Assembly (NCBI GenBank): GCA_000934665.2
Contig: KZ538201.1
Location: 62,001-103,036 of the forward strand
DNA: 41,036 nucleotides
Direction of reading: 5' to 3'
Source: Catajapyx aquilonaris
Taxonomy: Eukaryota
Shown: in pieces, positions 25,907 through 37,100 of the stretch
Position numbering within the stretch: position 1 is the stretch's first letter
Layout of the letters: each line of letters begins with the position of its first letter
Notes under the pieces: generated by a model
The model's input: the letters and a program-made list of their open reading frames with translations, nothing else
What the model was told of the DNA's origin: nothing
Database searches by the model: none
Made by a program: the position numbers and the translations under genes

Positions 25907-26244
25907 GGGGAGGTGCGGTGGCCGAGATGGTAACGTCTCGGCTTGCTGAGTGAAAGGTCCCAGGTTCGATCCCCGCCTGGGAGTTCCCTTTCGCCTGCGT
26001 CGGGAGGGTCTCTGACCTGCACCAAGGAGGTGTCTGGCAACCTAACCTCCTAGGGGACTGCACATGACCCCTTTTCAGACAATGCACTTGCACATGTTCC
26101 CTCCCCAAAAATCCCTACCCTTACCCAATATCCTTGACTCCCTGCACCGGTGATTGAAGAAAAAAATTGATAAATGCCAGAAAACTGATGATGGTGTGCC
26201 ATCCCCGTATAATGGCTAATAAGCCCTATCACGTTTAAAAAAAA
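25907..26244 (+). mobile_element. tRNA-derived SINE (family 1)
   Basis: Pol III A box TGGCCGAGATGG, B box GGTTCGATCCC, non-tRNA body, A-rich tail, degenerate TSD AACATGTCATTA/AAAATGTTATTA. Confidence 0.85.
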
Positions 26245-26492
26245 TGTTATTATAACAGTTTATTTCAAAACAGCCACGTTATAGCTATGATCCAATTTTA
26301 TAAGTCCAAATGCAACATATTAATTATTCATTATTGCATGTCATTACTTGCATAGTAATGATAAGAAGAGTAATGACTCAGAATCTCAGTGGATTCTCAG
26401 TGGGTATGAGTAGACAATAGTTTTATGGTTTACCCCTGATTCTGACTATTTCTCATCGCATGGCCTGCAGTTTTCTGCAGAAAGCAAGGAAG

Positions 26493-27839
26493 ATGTCATT
26501 CGCATACCAGTCATCTGGAAGTTCAGGACCATATTGCCAGCGTCAGAAGGAACTACAGGAAGAATGCTGGGACGAGATAGTGGAAGGAAGCTATGATCCA
26601 ACCGAAAAGTTGGACTCCGGTATCTACTTAGTGTGAGTCTCATAAAATAACACTGGGCAATAAATTTTGACAAAAGTTATGGCTCTGAAATTAAAGTACC
26701 AATTTCTTAATGATTTCGAGGTGCTAAACACCAATATGACAATGAAAATGCAAAATTTGTAATTCATAATATGCATACTGATATGCCATATTTGCTGTAC
26801 TTGCAGGGTGCCGCATGGTTTGACCAGAAAGCAGAGGAAGCATTACTACGAGCAACAGAGGGCCCGGTACCAGGTGATGAAGGAGCAGCAGTAAGTCAAA
26901 TTAGCAATTAGTAATGATAAGAAGGGTAATGTGTCCCATAGTGGATAAATTTACATGGGTATGAGAAGACAATAGCTTGGTGGTTTTACCCCTGATTCTG
27001 ACTATAATTTCTCATCACATCGTAGCAGATTTCAGTGCAAGCAGATGTCATTCGCATATCAGACTTCTATGGAGGAAAGCTCAGAAAGTAATTTCCAGCA
27101 TCAGGAAAAGAAGGAAGTATGTTGGGATGGTGTTGAGGAGGAGAAAGAATGTTGGGATGGTGTTGAGGAGGAGAAAGAATGTTGGGATGGTGTTGAGGAG
27201 AAGACATATGATCCCCTGCAAAAGTTGGAGTCAGGAATATACCTAGTGTGAGTCTCATAAAGTCGCCTCCAATACGTTTCAGCAACATTATTCATGGACA
27301 CCATGACATCAACAGATGACATCAGTCGTCAATAATGCAGCGAATTGAAGTCAAACCTATTGATATTATCTTTACCTGATGTTTCTGTATGAGTATATGG
27401 TGATTGCGTTAAGGAAAGTTTATGAAAATGGTTGTTACTGACCTCACCCCACCTTCTACAGTCTACAGTAATGTACGCAGACTGATGTGCCATATTTCCT
27501 GTACTTGCAGGGTGCCCCAGCTGCTCACAAAGTACAAAAAGAAGCAACACCGTGAAGAACTCTGGGCCCGGTACCAGGAGCAGATGTACAAGTAAGTCAA
27601 AAATTGTCTACCACCGTCATTCAGGTGTGTACAATGATTTGTGACTTTTCAGGATGCAGTATGATGCAAATGATGCAAAGGTGAAGAAACTAGGAAACGC
27701 AGAAGCAGCCCACGGACAACAGGCAGACAATTCCCAGATGACAGAAGAGAAGAACATGATCAAGGCCATGGTGTCCCTCAAAGTGACGGAAGACAAGGGA
27801 CTCAAGTCTAATCCTGCCAGCCGATATTCAAGGAATTAA
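26493..27839 (+). CDS. Predicted orphan protein, 236 aa, five exons, internally duplicated
   Basis: Exons 26493-26632, 26807-26890, 27029-27247, 27511-27591, 27653-27839 with GTGAGT/GTAAGT donors and CAG acceptors; all four introns phase 2; 711 nt stop-free. AATAAA near 28120. The true start could lie upstream. Confidence 0.78.
27115..27203 (+). repeat. 30-bp coding minisatellite (about 3 copies) encoding ECWDGVEEEK
   Basis: GAATGTTGGGATGGTGTTGAGGAGGAGAAA repeated nearly perfectly. Confidence 0.95.
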
Positions 27840-27884
27840 GATTGTGTTCATCTGCGAGACTGCGACATTCTGCTAAAACTATAG

Positions 27885-28089
27885 AACCCCTAAACTCCCC
27901 CTGGAACCCATATTTTTTGGGGGGCATGTTCTCCTCATAAAAGGACCGTCCATTTCCTCTCTAGCTAGAGGATGTTGCTTTTTGCCCTCCCGACCCCTAA
28001 ACTATATCCCCACCACCGGAATCTCCATATTTTTTGTCATATTGTCCCCATAAAGGGACCACCCATTGACTCTTTCTAGAGGATGTTAC
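27885..28089. repeat. Diverged tandem duplication of about 105-110 bp in the putative 3'UTR
   Basis: ACCCCTAAACT..CCATATTTTTTG..CATAAARGGACC..CTAGAGGATGTT present twice. Confidence 0.7.
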
Positions 28090-29055
28090 AGTTCGACGTT
28101 AAAACCTGTTACATAATCAAATAAATGGAAAAAAAATTGTTCATATCATCACATATTCAGCATACTGATTTTTGTGTGCAGCAATTGATTTTGGTGATAT
28201 CTCTTTACATCTCTGTGGCGACACTTCGCTGGCAACAGTCAACAATTTGCCAACAATTTTTGTCAACAATGAAGCAGATGTTGTCATTTGATCACCAAAA
28301 TGTGTCCTTCAAATCGAACAGTCCCGCCAATTTTTTCATACCGTTCCGTTCCCTGTTCCGTTCCTACAGTTTTCCAACCTGTCCGTTCCGTTCCGTTCCT
28401 TAGTTTATCAGTTTTGTTTCTTCTTTGATGTCACTTCCGGTTGTTTGTTCCTGGAACATTATTATTGCATGATTTGCAGTGAGTACGACAAGTGCACTGT
28501 ACTTCTTCTGGTAGCCTTCCCTTGCCACTGATCATGTCAGTTACATCCGAAGGTAGCCTGAGCACTTGTTCTGATGGTTTGTATTCACCTGTGGTGTTGT
28601 CCGCAGTTGTTGCATTGCAAAGCCAAAGAGCGTTGACATATGGTGACTGGTGTCTATGCCTCTGTTGATTATTTTCCTTCCAATGGAAGGAACACCTCAT
28701 TGCGGCTGAATATTAGTCCTCCCAGCTGACCTCTTGGCACTGCGGAGGTGCTAATAATGCCTTATTTCTACTTCTTGCATCACCATTGCTTTGGATCATA
28801 GAATATTCAAACAGAGGTATTGGTGCTCTAATAGTCTCCAAGACATGCTATTCAAGATGTCACTCATCGCAAGTAGGGAACTAATTCCTTTTCTCACATT
28901 TAGAAAATCGGTCACAATTATTTTTTGTGTGTGTGGGCTGGCACAATAAGCAGTGCTGCCCTTTCAATATGTGCAAGTAACTCAATTATTTTTGCTTGTT
29001 TGAACATTGAATTATTAATAATGTGCTATAAGCAGTTGCTGTACCACCCTGTATA

Positions 29056-29610
29056 CAGGGTGTAAATGAATTCAACCGACAAACTTCTAGGGGTGATAGA
29101 GGTGACCAAGACAAACATTTTTGACATAGGAAACCGTGTCCGGAAACGCCATCTAGAGGGGGTTCATAGGCGAGGAACGGGTGCGCTCAGACGCGAGAGG
29201 CGCAAGTCGAGCGGACTGTTTTGTTGATAGATGGCGCTCGGATAGTAACCAATGATGCGATGTGCCATAACGTGGCAACAACAGAGCCATCTAGCAACTA
29301 AAGTCTGCCTCCTAGGAGACGCGCGGCTAGTCAACAGCGGTTCTGTTGTTTAGAGGTTATGGCGTATCGTGTTGTTGTTTACTTACAACGACGCGATACG
29401 CCATAACCTGGCAACAACTGCACGCCATCTATCAACAAAGCAGTCCTCTCGACTTGTGCCTCTCGCGTGACGCGTCTGAGCGCACCCGTTCCTCGTCTAT
29501 GAACCCCCTCTAGATGGCGTTTCCGGACACGGTTTCCTATGTCAAAAATGTTTGTCTTGGTTCCCTCTATCACCCATAGAAGTTTGTCGGTTGAATTCAT
29601 TTACACCCTG
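29056..29610. mobile_element. Tc1/mariner-type MITE, TA TSD
   Basis: TA-CAGGGTGTAAATGAATTCAACC...GGTTGAATTCATTTACACCCTG-TA; inverted arms of about 180 bp (29056-29236 / 29423-29610). Confidence 0.93.
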
Positions 29611-30531
29611 TATTGAAGCAGTCATCAATTTCACTAGAAATGCATTATTTAATCTCCTTTCCTAATTGCATGTAAATGAGAAACACACGTGAATATTTAA
29701 TCCAACAGCCATGAGGGATTAACTTGGCTAATTTTTGTCTTGGAAATTCACAAAAAGCCTAAATCTGAGAGGTTGAAATAAGCATTTTCGATGGTGACTT
29801 CACAAGGAAAGACATAGGTATCCACTAACCAGCCTGTATCCACTTTTTGTGCGTAAGTTTGCATAAACTGAAATAGACTATTACATGTAACGTCAATTAA
29901 AGGGTCCATGTAGTTCCTATGCTAGGTCTTCATAGATTGATCCGACTCGATGGGGACAACAAAAACTGTACTGAATATGAATGTACAGCATGTGTAGATA
30001 TTTTTTGTAAAAAAAATCAATTCCCTATTTGACTGCGAATATTGAAGATTTTAGCAAAACATTAGCATTATGTCCAACAGGTTTTCTCCCCGAATATTAA
30101 TAAAACTGATTAGGGCCTGTTCACACGTGGCCACTTCAGTCAGCCACAGCCTACTGCAAGCGCTCGATTCGGCCACTGCACTGGGGCACAGCAGGTGGGC
30201 CAGCTTCAGTATGGCAACCAGTGGCTCTAAATGCATTATTGCTACTCCTTCTATTGACAAGGAATAAAAAGTGCAGGCAAAACAGGAAAATTCATGTTCA
30301 TCCTTGCCTGGAAAGGTCGTCGTCAAAAGGACTGTGCCAGATACTATTCCAAGATCTGAGGCAAGTTGATGAAAGGTTTCTTCCCCCCGGTATTTTCAGC
30401 AACTGATGTGTCCCAAATATCGGGATAGGCGCACAAGCCTCAACTTCAGATATAAAGTCTTTGATATTAATTTCCTTCACTAATTGCACAATCCAAGGTG
30501 GTAAACTGCCCTTTCCTCACAGCATGAAACA

Positions 30532-31204
30532 CAGGGTCATCAAAATAGAATGTCCCATTTGAAAAACCCTGTGACTCGAAAACTAAAGATCTACAGCTTT
30601 GGTTTCAGGTTGGTTTTTTTTCGATATGAGCTTCATTTATTTCTAGGCAGATTTAAATGCCTGTTTTCGGTGTCGGGACAAACCATATCAATCACATCTG
30701 GAGTGACCATTGCAATCCTATCCCGTAGGTGTTGGATATCTCTGATATTTACACCACAGACATTGTTCTTGATGATTCAAATAAAAAAGTAGCCTCATCC
30801 ATGAAATAAACCTGCCGTAGAAATTTTTTATTTGTTCAGCTTCCCGGTGTGAGAAGTCTCGTATGAGAAATTTCTCCATGCATAGCCCCTCCAGCAGCCC
30901 AGATTTTACCCCGATGGACTTTTTTGTGGAGATACAGTCATGTATGGTGACAAGATTCGGCGCCACCATCACCTGCTAGAAAACATTTCAGCGGTAACGC
31001 CAGACATGCCTGAGCGGGTTAGGCAGGACACCAATTACCATATTTCCATTTTTTGAGCGACAAATGGAGCTCATATCGAAACAAATTATGGTAAGACCAA
31101 AACTTTAGACACTTGTTATCATTTCAAAACTTAACTCATTACGATATCTCTACCTTTCGAGTAAGAGGGTTTTAAAAATGTGACATTCTTTTTCGATGAC
31201 CCTG
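30532..31204. mobile_element. Decayed Tc1/mariner-superfamily element carrying the transposase 3' end on both arms
   Basis: Termini CAGGGTCATC(A/G)AAA(T/A)AGAATGTC. Plus strand about 30880-31080 reads with frameshifts/stops ..SSPDFTPMDF..W..AVTPDM..ATNGAHIE (cf. WPPRSPDLTPLDFFLWG..GAHIE). Minus strand about 30750-30620 reads ..NIRDIQHLRDRIAMVTPDV..INEAHIE. Confidence 0.8.
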
Positions 31205-31768
31205 TAGCGTGGACATATGACTGGGCCTGTGGGCCTGTTGCTGGCGTCAGTGGCCTGTGGCTGTGGCTCCGTGTGAATGCACCAATGGAAACGAATGGTC
31301 CGCTACCAAGTGGCGCCTGGCCTTGAGCGCTTGTATGAGCAAAGACGCTCGGGCCTGCCGCACAGTCACACGGTCAAGCAACTTCCAAGCTGTGTGTAAT
31401 ACATATCTCGAAACACATATGGAATCACATTGAAAAATTTGATTGAATAAAATGATGATTAAGTGACTCATTTTGAGTCATCAGTCTGGGACCGGATGGA
31501 CCCTTTAGCATTGTCAGCCTCAAACCATGTGCTATGCATGCATGTACGGGACCTGACGTATCAATTCTACTCATGCAATTGTTTTCCGCTTCATCAAGGT
31601 GCATAGTAACAAGGTCATGAAATATGTGACCCCATTACTAAAGGTCAAGGGTGTCAAGGCACTTTGCTCATTCATACTGGGCTGCATTACGTTACGTTTG
31701 GTTTTCACTTGTGGTTAACTCTCTTGGCTCTCTTGGCTCACCATATTGTCTTCTTTTCAGACGCATGC

Positions 31769-32800
31769 ATGAAAATGGCTGAGCCACGAGGACAGCACAT
31801 TGTCACCTCTCCAGAAGTTCAGCCAATCTTCTTCCAGTGGTCCATCAAGAAGTACAGCTTTTTGAAAACCAGAGCTAAGATTAGCTCTGGTCCATTTATC
31901 GTTGGTGATCCTACGACTCCTACTGCATGGATGATTGATCATTTGGGGCAAAATGGTAATAGGTCGAGTCTGACGGCAAACCTGACTTACCTTCCACTTC
32001 ACAAAACTGCAGAAGATTTCCCAATCAAAGCGAGATTTACTCTCAGGATCGAGAACAAATTGGAGGGAGTTTTTTCTTGGGATTCAGGCCTGGTCGAATT
32101 CTCTGCAAGTAATCTGACCCTCGGAGGCAATCTTATAACCTTCACAGACTTGGCAGCAAATGAAGAAGCCCTGCTTCCAAATGATACACTCACCATTACT
32201 TGCAAAGGAGAGATTATGTGTGGGTTTCGCAGTGGGCCCCAAGAGGTTCCTATTAACATGGATATTGTTGCTCCTGGATTATCCACTGACATGAAGCATC
32301 TCCTGAAGTCCGGCAGAGGTAGTGATGTGAAGTTGATGGCGGGAAGATCTTCATTTCCTGTTCACAAGATCATTTTGACTGCTCGGAGCCCCGTATTTGC
32401 AGCCATGTTTGAACACGACACCCTGGAGAATGAGACAGGCGAAGTGGTAATCAAGGATGTGAAACCAGAAGTGCTGGACAGCCTGATTTACTTCCTGTAC
32501 ACTGACGAATCGCCCCCGGATCTGCCAGAAATGGCCACGGAGCTCGCTGCAGTTGCACAAAAGTACATGCTTCCCCGTCTCCAGTCAATGTGTGAGAACC
32601 ACCTTGCAAATGCTCTCACAGTAGATAATGTTATAGACACGTTGGGTGTTTGCATGTTCTGCAACTATTCAAGTAAACTGAAGAAGGCCTGCTTGCGTTT
32701 TGCCAAGTCACACATGAAGGAGGTGCAAGAAAGCGAGTCTTGGAAGGCCTTTCCCACTGGGGAAGTCGTTACTGCCCTTTTTGAGTTCTGCAATGTGTAA
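31769..32800 (+). CDS. Divergent MATH-BTB (SPOP/TDPOZ-like) Cul3 adaptor, 343 aa, single coding exon
   Basis: MATH-like FQWSIKKYS..LLPNDTLTITC; BTB SDVKL..FPVHKIILTARSPVFAAMF..YFLYTD..AQKYMLPRLQSMCE; BACK-like LTVDNV..LKKACL. A splice acceptor at 31759-31760 places the start at ATG 31769 or 31775. Confidence 0.92.
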   Translation: MKMAEPRGQHIVTSPEVQPIFFQWSIKKYSFLKTRAKISSGPFIVGDPTTPTAWMIDHLGQNGNRSSLTANLTYLPLHKTAEDFPIKARFTLRIENKLEGVFSWDSGLVEFSASNLTLGGNLITFTDLAANEEALLPNDTLTITCKGEIMCGFRSGPQEVPINMDIVAPGLSTDMKHLLKSGRGSDVKLMAGRSSFPVHKIILTARSPVFAAMFEHDTLENETGEVVIKDVKPEVLDSLIYFLYTDESPPDLPEMATELAAVAQKYMLPRLQSMCENHLANALTVDNVIDTLGVCMFCNYSSKLKKACLRFAKSHMKEVQESESWKAFPTGEVVTALFEFCNV

Positions 32801-34156
32801 CGTTGACAAGTCACCTTGAGTCCTTGATGTCGGTTGCTTTCTGGGTTTCTCCAGCCTCCTATTGATGTTATGATATTTGAATTTTTGTACTGAACTATCC
32901 CGTACATGGTTTTGTCGACCTGCAGAGAGTAGGCAAGTGTTGACACCGAATGGGGACTTTTGTATTCTACGCTTCACTACCTAACTTGGTGTGAGAGTGT
33001 GTCGTGTAGTATACACGCTGACTGATGATAAGTACCTATTTTGTACTGGCTTGTGCTTAATTCGGATCCAAACATCCTCCATGACACTTGTAAAAGTCTT
33101 TATTAAACGGTGTCCTGCAATGACTTGAGAGAGCGTTGTTATTTCCACACCATGCTACTCTCCTCCCATCTCCAGATGGCCAGCTGTCTAGATACTACCA
33201 TGGACTCTTTTCTATCCTTTTCCAAACCATGTACCCAGTGAATTTCTTATGAAATTCCACAGCAGCTACCTCAGCTTATTATAAAGCTGTTGAACTTAAA
33301 AAGTTTATTTTTCAGTAACCTGCTTTTTTCAATTGCTGGTACATAGTGTACAAGCATATGTTTGCACACTCATAATTTGCACTACCATGGCTGTAGGCCT
33401 TGAAAAAGGTGTAAAAGTAAAAATAAATCGGTTGTTATGAAGAGGACTCGAGTCCACTTGATTGTCGCATTCAAGCGTATGCGGTAATTCGTATAAGCGA
33501 GTAACCATTTATTTTTGATCTGTACCATTAAAAAGTTGTGTAATGGACCATCAGATGTTTTAAAATATAAAACAGGCAATACCGGTTCGAATTTTTAGTT
33601 TGAATATCCCGGATTTTAAAAACTGTTGCCAACAGATATAATTAGCATTCAATTATTTAAAGAGTAATAATATCCACATCATCGAAATTAAAAACCCCCT
33701 TTTTAAAATGAATTATAATTAGCTAATTAGATAATAATTATTAAGATTTATTTGTTGGCACCATTGGTGACTGTCATCATTTGTTTGGAATCCAACATGG
33801 CACCGATGCGATGTTTTGTCCACGTGGTTTTGTCACACGAAGAGGAAACTTTCACTTGTATGACGTTTAATTAGACGTGAATTCCACTGGGACGAGTGCA
33901 GGTAACTAGAGTTGAGCTTCAGAACATGCTTCGTACTGTCAAAGACACAAAGAGAGTAAGTACGCTCAGGTACTATTGAAATGTTGAACACGCCGGTATG
34001 TATGGCAGTGGTTTGCAAATTTTGGGCATGGAACATTTATTAAAACCTGAAAGGGTATGTTCCTAATAACCCCCAGCTGTGTGCTGAAAAGTGACTAACA
34101 AGTTCACCGCACCTTTGGGGGCAATGACATGACCAGCAGTTTTGTATTGCAGGACA

Positions 34157-37100
34157 ATGTCATTGGCAGTGAGGGTAAAGAAAGAAGAGGTGGAGGAAGG
34201 AGAAGATGTAACTGTGGAGGAGACCTGGCAGTTGCCCTTGAAGAAGGAGACCCCATCATGCTTCGATAGTGACTCCACGCTTATAGATGATGCGCTTCGC
34301 GAGATCAAGCAGGAGGCAGTGGAGGAGGAGGAAGAGATGGTGATGGCCATGTCCAGTGCAGTGGAAGATCAAGATGACCCTTTAGAACTTGGTTCCAGAA
34401 GTGTGGTACGTAATGACGTAATGTGGTGCCTATTTCGGGGTTTTTCCCTTGACTAAAAATCCGGACTCCAGTAATTACTTGAAGCAAAAAAAATTAAGTT
34501 CTCTGATGACTTACCGAACCTTCCGTCAAATATTATTAACGCGCTTCGCTAATATGGGACACTCCGGGCAAAAACTGGCGAAGCCGCCGCGCGCGCCATC
34601 TGTTGGCTCGGGGTGGGGTTAGCCCCTCAGCCCGCAGCCACTAGTGCAAATACGTCAATGTTTTCCAATTTAATTTAATTATTTCACAGCGTTTACGTGC
34701 ATGACCCGTGCCCCAAAAAATCAGAAATGATCTATATTAGGCCTACAGGTTAAGTATCCGGCTCTTTCGAGTGCTGACGCTCCATGCCACTATAAGGAAA
34801 ATGAAACGGAAGGGAAGCTATTTGTTTGGCTCTAATTACTGACGTAAATATCACTTAAGTGCTTAACAATGGGTTGGTCAAACACTTCATACTGCTGATA
34901 AATGATGTCATGCAATTCATGCCATATCACAGGTACTAGCTTGGTTGAACTTAAGTGGTATTAAGTCATACAGGTTTAAAAGAAACTCCAGGGAAGAATT
35001 CAACTAACAAGGTTCTAATTGTGCTTATTTACTCTATTACTCAACATGAATGCACCCTACTACGTTTCTTTTCATGATACACTCTTCAGGACATAGCAAC
35101 AATAAATCATTTCATACGCAATTAACCCTTAACTACTTAGGTGGAGCCGGAGCGGCTCCGACGGTATATATTTAAATTTCTGCTTATCAGCTAAATTGTT
35201 ATATTGAACTTTTCACATACAGAAAGTGCAGTTCAGATTATTAGGCTTCCCATAACGTACTAAAATCACTCGTCGAGTCAGCATATTCCGACAGAAAAAA
35301 AGGCCTTGTTTATGACTTAGTTACATCACGTTTAAATATGGTTGAAGCCGCTCAGGCTCCACCTAAGTAGTTAAGGGTTAATTGTGTATGAAATGATTTA
35401 TTGTTGCTATGTCCTGAAGAGTGTATCATGAAAAGAAACTTAGCATTCATGTTGAGTAATAGAGTAAATAAGCACAATTAAAACCTTGTTAGTTGAATTC
35501 TTCCCTGGAGTTTCTTTTAAACCTGTATGACTTAATTCCACTTCAGTTCAACCAAGCTAGTACCTGTGATATGGCATGAATTGCATGACATCATTTATCA
35601 GCAGTATGAAGTGTTTGACCAACCCATTGTTCAGCACTTAGGTGATATTTACGTCAGTAATTAGAGCCAAACAAATAGCTTCCCTTCCGTTTCATTTTCC
35701 TTATAGTGGCATGGAGCGTCAGCACTCGAAAGAGCCGGATACTTAACCTGTAGGCCTAATATAGATCATTTCTGATTTTTTGGTGCACGGGTCATGTACG
35801 TAAACGCTGTGAAATAATTAATTTAAATTGGAAAACATTGACGTATTTGCACTAGTGGCTGCGGGCTACCGAAGCAGGTTGGCATAGGGGATAGGGCGTC
35901 CGCCTGCTAATCGGGAGGCCCTGGGTTCGAATCCCGGGGTCGGCAACCCTGACCGTGGTTTTCTGTGGTTTTCCACGGTCTCCCTAGGATAATTCCGGGG
36001 TTGTTTCCATATAATAGGCCACAGCCGCTTTCTTCCTTCCCTATCCTTGGAGGTTGAAAGGCAATGCTGGGCCAACCTCCTTAATATCAATAATAACGTG
36101 GCTGCGGGCTGAGGGGCTAACCCCACCCCGAGCCAACAGATGGCGCGCGTGGCGGCTTCGCCAGTTTTCTGTAGAGGGAGTGTCCCGTATTAGCGAAGCG
36201 CGTTAATAGTATTTGCTTCCGTTACACGTTCCTGTAAATCTTCCTCTGATAGATGAAGTGTCAGAGGTGGTTCTGTCACATATCTGCCAGTTGATAATGT
36301 CAGCGTAACCTTGAGCTTTGAGGTTATGGGAATATTGAATTCGGTGTACAGATGACCTCATGGAAAGTATTCTACGCATAGCTACCTCTCGAATATGTTT
36401 TTCTGCATCAGTTACCATGGCTACAAGTAAATTCTCGGGATGCACCAAGAATTATCGTAGTATCCACAATGAGTTTCAGTTCACCACTTGGGCACCGTGA
36501 GAAGGATATAGTCCGTCATAGGTTCACTTGATGGTTGGATTATATTATACCATATCACCTCACCACAAAGCTGCATGCCGGTGTAGCCGAGGTCGACCAG
36601 TTTTTAGAAATGCACAATCTGGTGGCTAGGCTATACTGGCTTGACGGTATAAGGCGAGGTTTTTACCTAAGTTACATTAAGCTGGGTTCACATTAGCTGA
36701 CGATAGCATACGAAACGAACGAAACGGTACCGCAGACATATCGGAGCTACCGACCTTCCCTTCCATGTTCCCTTCCGTTTCCACCAATGGGAGAGGCAGA
36801 AAAGCGGCGGGGGCCTTCGTCTGCCTCCACCAGAGGGGTTGCCCCCACTCGCCAGCCACCACCCTGGCTGGCTTTTCTGCCTCCCCATTGGTGGATACGA
36901 AAGCGACGGACCAAACTACCGTAAAAAGTAACTCGCCCATTTTCACCATGACATAATTTCAGTTCGGTACTAGAAGCATTCCATTAAAAAATGACAAGGA
37001 TCAAAATTACAGAAATCTACCTCGGTTATTGCGGCATGCTGGCCACCCCCGGTTATACCGGCATGACGCTTTATGTGAAGTAATATGGTATTTATTGTAC

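Larger units (their letters stand above)
34527..36215. mobile_element. Large foldback element with about 600-bp inverted arms and a 7-bp TSD (P-superfamily/Galileo-like architecture)
   Basis: Termini CAAATA(T/C)TATTAACGCGCTTCGCTAATA; TSD CTTCCGT at 34520-34526 and 36216-36222. Arm 34527-35125 mirrors 35378-36215 apart from the SINE insertion and scattered mismatches. Confidence 0.92.

Noticed and set aside
25907..25985. tRNA gene
   Set aside because: Acceptor and anticodon stems pair poorly and it runs into a SINE body with A-tail and TSD.
27115..27203. CRISPR-like array
   Set aside because: No unique spacers, eukaryotic context, and it is an in-frame coding repeat.
28431..28700. Minus-strand ORF with CTCRTHCKSC Cys cluster
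   Set aside because: No supporting domain or splice structure; possibly TE debris.
31664..31768. Hydrophobic signal-like N-terminus of the MATH-BTB ORF
   Set aside because: Starts at a non-ATG codon and lies mostly upstream of a strong splice acceptor, so it is intronic.
34850..34960. Three arm-to-arm substitutions in the foldback that toggle TTAA sites
   Set aside because: Too few events in AT-rich sequence to separate from chance.
35868..35945. tRNA gene
   Set aside because: It is the head of a TSD-flanked SINE.
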